64,000 nt of DNA from Mobula hypostoma. Lineage: Eukaryota. A model generated the notes under the pieces. It saw nothing but the letters and a program-made list of their open reading frames with translations, had not been told where the DNA came from and did not search any database. The stretch covers positions 1,116,001 to 1,180,000 of the forward strand of contig NC_086101.1 in the NCBI RefSeq assembly GCF_963921235.1, read 5' to 3'. This document shows, in pieces, positions 13,659 to 23,924 of this stretch (its first letter is position 1; the number at the start of each line of letters is the position of its first letter). The translations under genes were made by a program, and so were the position numbers.

Positions 13659-16101
13659 GGTATCAAAGCCGTATCAAAAGGGCAATGATATAATAGTCAT
13701 GGGAGATTTCAACATGCAGGTCAATCGGGAAAATCAGGATGGAAATGGATCTCAAGAGAGTGAGTTTGTTGAATGCCTATGAGATAGTTTTTTAGAGCAG
13801 TTTGTCATGAAGCCTAATAGATCAGCTATACTGGATTGGGTGTTACGTAATGAACTGGAGGTGAATAGGGAGCTGACGGTAAAGGAACCTTTCGGAACAG
13901 TGATCACAATATGATTGAGTTCAACTTGCAATTTGACAGGTAGAACATAAAGTCTGACGTGGCAGTATTTCAGTGGAGTAAAGGAAATTACAGGGGCATG
14001 AGAGATGACTGCACAAGCACGTGGATGCCAGTGAGTTAGAGAAGGACAAGAGTTTAAAAGGAGACAGGTTTATAGAAGAGGTGTCAGAGCAGCAGGTGAC
14101 GGAGTCAGAGGGTTTTGGCTCAATGGGGCTTCAGTGATAATGGGTCAAGGAGAGGCAGGTTATTTGTGAAGAATAGAAACAGGAAGTGTGCCCGTGAGGC
14201 CGGTGTTCTGCACTGGGTGTCAGATGTGGGAAGTCCGGGAGACTCTCAGCTTCCCAGGCGGACACATCTGCACCAGGTGCGTCGAGCTGCAGCTCCTTAG
14301 GGACCAGGTTAGGGATCTGGAGATGCAGCTCGATGACCTTTGTCTGGTCAGGGAGAGTGAGGAGGTGATAGAGAGGAGCTATAGGCAGGTAGTCACTCTG
14401 GGGCCTCAGGAGACAGATAAGTGGGTAACAGTCAGAAGAAGGGAGGGCAAGGGTCAGATACTAGAGAGTACCCCAGTGGCTGTTCTCCTTAACAATAAGT
14501 ACTCCTGTTTGAGTACTGTTGGGGGGAGCTACCTACCTGGGGGAAGCAACAGTGGCCGTGCCTCTGGCACAGAGTCCGGCCCTGTGGCTCAGAAGGGTAG
14601 GGAAAGGAAGAAGGCAGCAGTGATGGGGGACTCTATCATTAGGGGGTCAGACAGGTGATTCTGTGGATGCAGGAAAGAAACTTGGATGTCCACGATATCC
14701 TGAAGTGGGAAGGTGAACAGCCAGAGGTCGTGGTGCGTATTGGTACCAATGACAAAGGTAGGAAAAGGGAGGAGATCCTGAAAATAGACTACAGGGGGTT
14801 AGGAAGGAAGTTGAGAAGCAGGACCTCAAAGATAGTAATCTTGGGATTACTGCCTGTGCCACACAACAGTGAGTATAGGAATGGAGTGAGGTGGAGGATA
14901 AATGTGTGGCTGGGGGAGTGGATCAGGGGGCAGGGATTCAGATTTCTGGATCATTGGGACCTCTTTTGGGGCAGGTGTGACCTCTACAAAAAGGATGGGT
15001 TGCACGTGAATCCAAGGGGGACCAATATTCTGGCGGGGAGGTTTGCTAAGACTATTGGGGAGAGTTTAAACTAGAATTGCTGGGGGTGGGAACTGAACTG
15101 AAGAGACGGAGGAAGGAGCGGTTGGCTCACAAACAGAGAAAGCTTGGAGATGGTGCAAGAGGGAGAATAGGCAGGTGATAGACAAGGGACGTGCTCAGAG
15201 CGATGGTTTAAGATGTGTCTATTTTAATGCAAGAAGCATAATGAACAAAGTGGATGAGCTTAGAGCGTGGATCAGTACTTGGAGCTATGATGTTGTGGCC
15301 ATTACAGAGACTTGGATGGCTCAGGGGCAGGAATGGTTACTTTGAGTGCCAGGCTTTAGATGTTTCAGAAAGGACAGGGAGGGAGGCAAAAGAGGTGGGG
15401 GGCATGGCACTGTTGATCAGAGATAGTGTCACGGCTGCAGAAAAGGAGGAAGTCATGGAGGGATTGTCTACGGAGTGCCTGTGGGTGGAGGTTAGGAACA
15501 GGAAGGGTCAATAACTCTACTGGGTGTTTTGTATAGCCCACCCAATAGTAACAGGGACATCGAGGAGCAGATAGGGAAACAGATTCTGGAAAGGTGCAAT
15601 AATAACAGGGTTGTGGTGGTGGGAGATTTTAATCTCCCAAATATCGATTGGCATCTCCCTAGAGCAAGGGGTTTAGATGGGGTGGAGTTTGTTAAGTGTG
15701 TTCAGGTAGGTTTCCTGACACAGATGGACCTACAAGGGGAGAGGCTGTAGTTGATCTGGTATTGGGAAATGAACCTGGTCAGGTGTCAGGTCTGTTAGTG
15801 ACAGAGCATTCTGGAGATAGTGATCACAATTCTATCTCCCTTACCATAGCATTGGAGAGGTATAGTAACAGACAAGTTAGGAAAGTGTTTAATTGGAGTA
15901 AGGGGAAATATGAAGCTATCAGGCAGGAACTTGGAAGCATAAATTGGGAACAGATGTTCTCAGAGAAATGTACAGCAGAAATATGGCAAATGGTCAGGGG
16001 ATATTTGCTTGGCGTCTGCACAGGTACATTCCAATGAGACATGGAAAGGATGGTAAGGTACAGGAACCATGGTGTATAAAAGTTGTTGAAAATCTGGTTC
16101 A

Positions 16102-17746
16102 AATAGAATTTGGATTAGTTGACAGTTTTCCTCTTCAGGCCTCAATAGCTGACAAAAGATTGATGGCCCAGTTGGAAAAATTTAATAATGCTTGGATAAA
16201 TCTTACATTAAAAGTATGGCAGAAGGTGGTTAATTCATGTGGAATTAATAACATGTTAAAACTCTTTTGATGGTGTGCATATGATACCGAATTCCTTCCC
16301 AACAGAGGAGATAAAAGATTTGAGCTATGGATAAAGAAAGGTCTTACAACCTACCTCTCATTTATAGATAAAAGAGTATTACAAAGTTTCCAAATCCTGC
16401 AGGACAAACATGGCCTAGAACATAATGACTTTTTTAGGTACCTTCAAATACGAAACTATGTTAACCAGAGTTGTAGATATACAGACCTATCAACAGTAGA
16501 ATTAGAATTTTTCAAGATTCTGAATTCGGCTTGCAGTTCAATACCTAGTAAATCAGTTTCTCGCCTATATAATGCACTCTCCCATGCTAAAAATGTAAAT
16601 ACACTGTATATTAAAGAGAAGTGGGAGAAAGAAGCGGGGTTGGTACTTTCAGAGGAGGCTTGGGGGAAAATCTGCAGCTTTCAATGGTCCTCGACTAATT
16701 CTTTGACTTGGAGAGAACATTGTTGGAAAAACATTATAAGATACTTCAAGACCCCATATCAGGAAAAATATAAAGATACAAATGTGATGTGTTGGAGAAG
16801 GTGCAGCTCCAAGGAGGCAAATCATTTTCATATTTTCTGGGATTGCCCTAAATTAAGTCTATTTTGGGAAGGTATTCATAGAACATTAGTTAAGGTACTT
16901 AGGTCCCAGATACCTCTGAACTTTGAGACGCTCTATTTGGGGCATGTATTGTTCCTTGAACAGAAGGAAGATATAAAGTTGCTGCAGGCCCTCTTAGCGG
17001 CAAGTAAGAAATCAATCACTAGAAAATGGCTAAATCCAATACCACCTACATTAGAAGATTGGTACGAAATTATCTTGGAAATATTTAAAATGGAAAAGTT
17101 GACTTACTCCCTGAGAACTCAAAAAGAAACATTTTATCAAATCTGGAATAAATGGATTCAATATATAACCCCAATGCGAGCAGACTTTAGATGACTCTCC
17201 TAATAATTTATATTGCTCTTCTCATCAACACAGTAATATTGCTAACGTAAGCACCCCTAGTCTAAATGTTTGTTGTTTTTTTTTGGAAAATAGAGAATTA
17301 ACACAAGTAAAGGGAAAGATTTGGGAAAGGGATAAAAAAATGAAAAAATTAAGTAAATAAGTACATAGGGATTGGATAATTATGTCTGCGGGCAGGAACA
17401 CGCACGAACAAATTGGGATATAAACACCTACAATGGTTGGTATATAGGCTTGTATGCAACATTTTGGACCAGTGGAAATGGTCCAGAAGGGTTGTATGGA
17501 AACTATTATTACCATTTTTCTTAACAACTAATTTCATTACTTAGCCTAATAGGTTAGATTTACCACAGTACATAATTATCTATTTAAATGTTTATTTTCC
17601 TTTTATATCATCTCAATGTGTACTTAAGAATGTATAAATAATTGTAGTTTTATACATATAAAAAAATGGAAAAGGTTATATGTGTGAAAAAAGTACATGA
17701 TAATTGTGAATTCCTTATCCAAATAAAAATAAAATTAAAAAAAAAA
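16102..17746 (+). mobile_element. L1/Tx1-clade LINE, 5'-truncated
   Basis: ORF2 C-terminus with CCHC knuckle CWRRC..HIFWDC (16640-17194), 3' UTR, AATAAA and A-tail. 14-bp TSD GAAAATCTGGTTCA at 16088-16101 and 17747-17760, at a TT|GAAAA site. Confidence 0.9.
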
Positions 17747-17772
17747 GAAAATCTGGTTCAGCAGAAAAGAAG

Positions 17773-19182
17773 GCATTTGATAAGGTACCCCTTGCAAGGC
17801 TTATTGAGAAAGTAAGGAGACATGGGGTCCAAGGGGACATTGCTTTGTGGATCCAGAACTGGCTTGCCCACACAAGGCAAAGAGTGGTTGTAGACGGGTC
17901 ATATTCTGCATGGAGGACGGTGACCAGTGGTGTGCCTCAGGGATCTGTTCTGGGACCCGCACCAGCAGGCACAGAAAGAGCTTCTTCCCTGAGGCTGTGA
18001 CACTGCTGAACCTCTCATCACAGCGCTAAGCAGTATTGCATCCGTATTGTACTGTCTCGGTACTTTTATATCTGTGTGCTGTAGCACTTTTTTTATTCAC
18101 AGTTATTTTGTAAATAACACTATTCTTTGCATTTCTGGTCAGATGCTAAATGCATTTCATTGGCTTTGTATCTGTACTCGGCACAATGACAACAAAGTTG
18201 AATCTAATCTAATCTTACTATTCGCGATTTTTATAAATGACCTGGATGAGGAAGTGGAGGGATGGGTTAGTAAGTTTGCTGATAACACAAAGGTTGGAGG
18301 TGTTGTGGATAGTGTGGAGAGCTGTCAGAGGTTACAGTGGGACATTGATAGGATGCAAAACTGGGCTGAGAAGTGGCAGATGGAGTTCAACCCAGATAAG
18401 TGTGAGGTGGTTCATTTTGGTAGGTCAAATATGATGGCAGAATATAGTATTAATGGTAAGACTCTTGGCAGTGTGGAGGATCAGAGGGATCTTGGGGGCC
18501 GAGTCCATAGGACACTCAAAGCAGCTGTGCAGGTTGACTCTCTGGTTAAGAAGGCATATGGTGCATTGGCCTTCATCAATCGTGGAACTGAGTTTAGGAG
18601 CTGAGAGGTAATGTTGCAGCTCTATAGGACACAGACTCCAGTTGGAGTACTGTGCTCAGTTCTGGTCACCTCACTACAGGAAGGATGTGGAAACCATAGA
18701 AAGGGTGCAGAGGAGATCTACAAGGATGTTGCCTGGATTGGGGAGCATGCCTTATGAGAATAGGTTGAGTGAACTTGGCTTTTTCTCTTTGGAGCGACGG
18801 AGGATGAGAGGTGACCTGTTAGAGGTGTATAAGATGATGAGAGGCATTGATCATGTGGATAGTCAGAGGCTTTTTCCCAGGGCTGAAATGGTTGCCACAA
18901 GAGGACACAGGTTTAAGGTGCTGGGGAGTAGGTACAGAGGAAATGTCAGGGTAAGTTTTTTACTCAGAGAGTCTTGAGTGTGTGGAATGGGCTGCCGGCA
19001 ATGGTGGTGGAGGCGGATATGATAGGGTCTTTTGAGAGATTTTCGGATAGGTACATGAAGCTTAGAAAAATAAGTGGCTATAGGTAACCCTAGTAATTTC
19101 TAAGGTCGGGACATGTTCGGCACAACTTGTGGGCTGAAGGGCCTGTATTGCGCTGTAAGTTTTCTATGTTTCTATGCTTCTA
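17773..19182 (+). mobile_element. CR1 RT 3' half inserted in the host CR1; itself interrupted by a Rex1 3' end
   Basis: [20 protein letters not shown] motifs and a ttctatgtttctatgcttct tail; the host CR1 resumes at 19183. Confidence 0.8.
17959..18214 (+). mobile_element. Rex1/Babar 3' end with (AATCT)n tail
   Basis: RTSRHRKSFFPEAVTLLN* C-terminus; nearly identical reverse copy at 63757-64000. Confidence 0.8.
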
Positions 19183-19512
19183 AAAGCTTACGAAAGGTTC
19201 AAAAAACTAGGTAATGATAGAGATCTAGAAGATTATAAGGCTAACAGGAAGGAGCTTGAGAATGAAATTAGGAGAGCCAGAAGGGGCCATGAGAAGGCCT
19301 TGGGGAGCAGGATTTAGGAAAACCCCAAGACATTCTACAAGTATGTGAAGAGCAAGAGGATAAGACGTGAGAGAATTGGAGCAAACAAGTGTGACAGTGG
19401 GAAAAGTGTGTATGGAACTGACGGAGATAGCTGAAGTACATAATGAATAGCAACACACATCAAAGTTGCTGGTGAACGCAGCAGGCCAAGCAGCATCTAT
19501 AGGAAGAGGCGC

Positions 19513-19548
19513 AGTCGACGTTTCAGGCCGAGACCCTTCGTCAGGACT
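19513..19548 (-). ncRNA. Minimal hammerhead ribozyme (minus arm of the Penelope element)
   Basis: Exact reverse complement of 21603-21638. Confidence 0.85.
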
Positions 19549-21602
19549 AACTGAAGGAAGAGTGAGTAAGGGATTTGAAAGCTGGAGGGGGAGGGGGAGA
19601 TGCAAAATGATAGGAGAAGACAGGAGGGGGAGGGATAGAGCCGAGAGCTGGACAGGTGATAGGCAAAAGGGGATACGAGAGGATCATGGGACAGGAGGCC
19701 TAGGGAGAAAGACGGGGGGGGGTGACCCAGAGGATGGGCAAGAGGTATATTCAGAGGAACAGAGGGAGAAAAAGGAGAGTGAGAGAAAGAATGTGTGCAT
19801 AAAATTGAGTAACAGATGGGGTACGAGGGGGAGGTGGGGCCTAGCGGAAGTTAGAGAAGTCAATGTTCATGCCATCAGGTTGGAGGCTACCCAGACGGAA
19901 TATAAGGTGTTGTTCCTCCAACCTGAGTGTGGCTTCATCTTTACAGTAGAGGAGGCCGTGGATAGACATGTCAGAATGGGAATGGGATGTGGAATTAAAA
20001 TGTGTGGCCACTGGGAGATCCTGCTTTCTCTGGCAGACAGAGCGTAGGTGTTCAGCAAAGCGGTCTCCCAGTCTGCGTCGGGTCTCACCAATATATAAAA
20101 GGCCACATCGGGAGCACCGGACGCAGTATATCACCCCAGTCGACTCACAGGTGAAGTGATGCCTCACCTGGAAGGACTGTTTGGGGCCCTGAATGGTGGT
20201 AAGGGAGGAAGTGTAAGGGCATGTGTAGCACTTGTTCCGCTTACATGGATAAGTGCCAGGAGGGAGATCAGTGGGGAGGGATGGGGGAGACGAATGGACA
20301 AGGGAGTTGTGTAGGGAGCGATCCCTGCGGAATGCAGAGGGGGGGGAGGGAAAGATGTGCTTAGTGGTGGGATCCCGTTGGAGGTGGCGGAAGTTACGGA
20401 GAATAATATGTTGGACCCGGAGGCTGGTGGGGTGGTAGGTGAGGACCAGGGGAACCCTATTCCTAGTGGGGTGGTGGGAGGATGGAGTGAGAGCAGATGT
20501 ACGTGAAATGGGGGAGATGCGTTTAAGAGCAGAGTTGATAGTGGAGGAAGGGAAGCCCCTTTCTTTAAAAAATGAAGACATCTCCCTCGTCCTAGAATGA
20601 AAAGCCTCATCCTGAGAGCAGATGCGGCGGAGACGTAGGAATTGCGAGAAGGGGATGGCGTTTTTGCAAGAGACAGGGTGAGAAGAGGAATAGTCCAGAT
20701 AGCTGTGAGAGTCAGTAGGCTTATAGTAGACATCAGTGGATAAGCTGTCTCCAGAGACAGAGACAGAAAGATCTAGAAAGGGGAGGGAGGTGTCGGAAAT
20801 GGACCAGGTAAACTTGAGGGCAGGGTGAAAGTTCGCTCCCTACACAACTCCCTTGTCCATTCGTCCCCCCCATCCCTCCCCACTGATCTCCCTCCTGGCA
20901 CTTATCCATGTAAGCGGAACAAGTGCTACACATGCCCTTACACTTCCTCCCTTACCACCATTCAGGGCCCCAAACAGTCTTTCCAGGTGAGGCATCACTT
21001 CACCTGTGAGTCGACTGGGGTGATATACTGCGTCCGGTGCTCCCGATGTGGCCTTTTATATATTGGTGAGACCCGACGCAGACTGGGAGACCGCTTTGCT
21101 GAACATCTACGCTCTGTCCGCCAGAGAAAGCAGGATCTCCCAGTGGCCACACATTTTAATTCCACATCCCATTCCCATTCTGACCTGTCTATCCACGGCC
21201 TCCTCTACTGTAAAGATGAAGCCACACTCAGGTTGGAGGAACAACACCTTATATTCCGTCTGGGTAGCCTCCAACCTGATGGCATGAACATTGACTTCTC
21301 TAACTTCCGCTAGGCCCCACCTCCCCCTCGTACCCCATCTGTTACTCAATTTTATGCACACATTCTTTCTCTCACTCTCCTTTTTCTCCCTCTGTCCCTC
21401 TGAATATACCTCTTGCCCATCCTCTGGGTCACCGCCCCCCCCGTCTTTCTTCCCGGACCTCCTGTCCCATGATCCTCTCGTATCCCCTTTTGCCTATCAC
21501 CTGTCCAGCTCTCGGCTCTATCCCTCCCCCTCCTGTCTTCTCCTATCATTTTGCATCTCCCCCTCCCCCTCCAGCTTTCAAATCCCTTACTCACTCTTCG
21601 CT

Positions 21603-21638
21603 AGTCCTGACGAAGGGTCTCGGCCTGAAACGTCGACT
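21603..21638 (+). ncRNA. Minimal type I hammerhead ribozyme in the Penelope terminal repeat
   Basis: AGTC-CTGACGA-AGG(gtctcgg)CCT-GAAA-C-GTC-GACT: stem I AGTC/GACT, core CUGANGA, stem II AGG/CCT, GAAA, palindromic ACGT stem III, GUC cleavage triplet (predicted cut after 21634). Confidence 0.85.
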
Positions 21639-22287
21639 GCGCCTCTTCCTATAGATGCTGCTTGGCCTGCTGCGTTCACCAGCAACTTTGATGTGTGTTG
21701 CTTGAATTTCCAGCATCTGCAGAATTCCTGTTGTGTACATAATGAATACTTTGCTTCAGTATTCACTACGGAAAAGGATGTTGGTGATTGAAGGGATGAC
21801 TTACAGCAGACTGAAAAGCCTGAGCATGTAGATATTACGAAAGAGGATGTGCTGGAGCTTTTGGAAAGCATCAAGTTGGATAAGTCACCAGCACCGGAAG
21901 AGATGTACCACAGGCTACTGTGGGAGAGGAGGGAGGAGATTGCTGAGCCTCTGGTGATGATCTTTGCATCATCAATGGGGACAGGAGAGGTTCTGGAGGA
22001 TTGGAGGGTTGCAGATGTTGTTCCCTTATTCAAGAAAGCGAGTAGAGATAGCCCAGGAAATTATAGACCAGTGAGTCTTACTTCAGTGGTTGGTAAGTTG
22101 ATGGAAAAGATCCTGAGAGGCAGGATTTATGAACATTTGGAGAGGTATAATATGATTAGGAATAGTCAGCATGGCTTTGTCAAAGGCACGTCGTGCCTTA
22201 CGAGCCTAATCGAATTTTTTGAGGATATGACTGAACTCATTGATGAAGGTAGAGCAGTAGATGTAGTGTATATGGATTTCAGCAAGG

Positions 22288-22669
22288 TGCGAGCAAGGAG
22301 GCCTACAAACCTGTCTCAGTTACACCAGTTCTGTCTGGAGGAATGGAACATAATTCCAGCAACTTACTGTGAGAAGCTTGTGGAAGGCTACCCAAAATGT
22401 TTGACCCAAGTTAAACAATTTAAAGGCAATGCCACCAAATACTAACAAAGTGTATGTAAACTTCTGACCCACTGGGAAAGTGATGAAAGAAATAAAAGCT
22501 GAAATAAATCATTCTCTCTACTATTATTCTGACGTTTCACATTCTTAAAATGAAGTAGTGATTCTAACTGACCTAAGACAGGGAATGTTTTCTAGGATTA
22601 AATGTCAGGAATTGTGAAAACCTGAGTTTAAATGTATTTGGCTAAGGTGTATGTAAACTTCTGACTTCA
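22288..22669 (+). mobile_element. Sleeping Beauty-like Tc1 fragment (transposase C-terminus plus right IR/DR)
   Basis: VRARRPTNLSQLHQFCLEEW..YCEKLVEGYPKCLTQVKQFKGNATKY* (stop 22445); 19-bp direct repeats GTGTATGTAAACTTCTGAC at 22450-22468 and 22647-22665, the IR/DR architecture. Confidence 0.9.
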
Positions 22670-23924
22670 GCAAGGCATTTGACAAGGTACCCCATGGAAG
22701 GCTGATTGAGAAAGTAAGGAGGCGTGGGATCCAAGGAGATCTTGCTTTGTGGATCCAGAATTGGCTTGCTCATAGAAGGCAAAGAGTAGTTGTAGATGGG
22801 TTATATTCTGCATGGAGGTCGATGACCAGTGGTGTGCCTCGGATATCTGTTCTGGGACCCCTACTCTTCTTGTGATTTTTATAAATGAGGAAGTGGAGGA
22901 ATGGGTTAGTAAGTTTGCTGATGACACAAAGGTTGGAGGTGTTGTGGATAGTGTGGAGGGCTGTCAGAGGTTACAACAGGACATTGATAGGATGCAAAAC
23001 TGGGCTGAGAAGTAGCAGATGGAGTTCAACCCAGATAAGTGTGAAGTGGTTCATTCTGGTAGGTCAAATATGATGGCAGAATATAGTATTAATGGTAAGA
23101 CTCTTGGCAGTGTGGAGGATCAGAGGGATCTTGGGGTCCGTGTCCATAGGACACTCAAAGCTGCTGCACAGGTTAACTCTGTGGTTAAGAAGGCATATGG
23201 TGCATTGGCCTTCATCAACCGTGGGATTGAGTTCAAAAGCCGAGAGGTAATGTTGCAGCTATATTTGACTGTGGAGTGCTGTGTTCAATTCTGGTCACCT
23301 CACTACATGAAGGATGTGGAAACCATAGAAAGGGTGCAGAGAAGATTTACAAGGATGTTGCCTGGATTGGGGAGCATGCCTTATGAGAATAGGTTGGGTG
23401 AACTCGGCCTTTTCTCCTTGGAGCGACGGAGGATGAGAGGTGGCCTGATAGAGGTGTGTAAGATGATGAGAGGCATTGATCGTGTGGATAGTCAGAAGCT
23501 TTTTTTCCCAGGGTTGCAATGGCTGGCACGAGAGGGCACAGTTTTAAAGTGCTTGAAGTAGGTACAGAGGAGATGTCAGGGGTAAGTTTTTTACGCAGAG
23601 AGTGGTGAGTGTGTGGAATGGGCTGCCGGCAGCGATGGTGGAGGTGGATACGATAGGGTCTTTTAAGAGAGTGCTGGATAGGTACATGGAGCTTAGAAAA
23701 ATAGAGGGTTATAGGTAATGCTAGGTAATTTCTAAGGTAGGGACATGTTCAGCAGAGCTTTGTGGGCTGAAGGGCCTGTATTGTGCTGTAGGTTTTTCTA
23801 TGTTTCTAAGAGAGAGGAGTTGGGCCAAAGTAAACTGGCAGGGATGACAACAGGTGGCAATAGCATGAGTTTCTGGGAAAAATGAGGAAGTTGCAGGATA
23901 GATGTATTCCAAAAACAAAGAAAT

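Larger units (their letters stand above)
19450..21734. mobile_element. Penelope-like retroelement (Neptune-type, GIY-YIG), 5'-truncated with inverted arms
   Basis: Minus arm 19450-20832 is open from the RT C-terminus (FHPALKFT..LPFLDL..VYYKPTDSHSYLDYSSSHP) through a Cys-rich linker (PCKRNKCYTC) to GIY-YIG (GVIYCVRC..LYIGETRRRLGDRFAEH). Plus arm 20833-21734 repeats the GIY-YIG and 3' part. 14-bp TSD GTACATAATGAATA at 19436-19449 and 21735-21748. Confidence 0.95.
14040..23808 (+). mobile_element. Near full-length CR1 LINE (~4 kb of its own sequence) interrupted by four insertions
   Basis: ORF1 14188-15074: CxxC..CxxC plus leucine zipper, then SGNH esterase motifs GDS, IGTND, DGLH. ORF2 APE endonuclease from ~15190 (FNARS, GDFN, SDH). 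RT resumes collinearly at 19183, 21749 and 22676; (TTCTATGT) tail at ~23800. Frameshifted. Confidence 0.85.

Noticed and set aside
21849..22445. RT-transposase fusion protein ORF
   Set aside because: Chance in-frame junction of a broken CR1 RT and 52 aa of Tc1; neither catalytic domain is complete.
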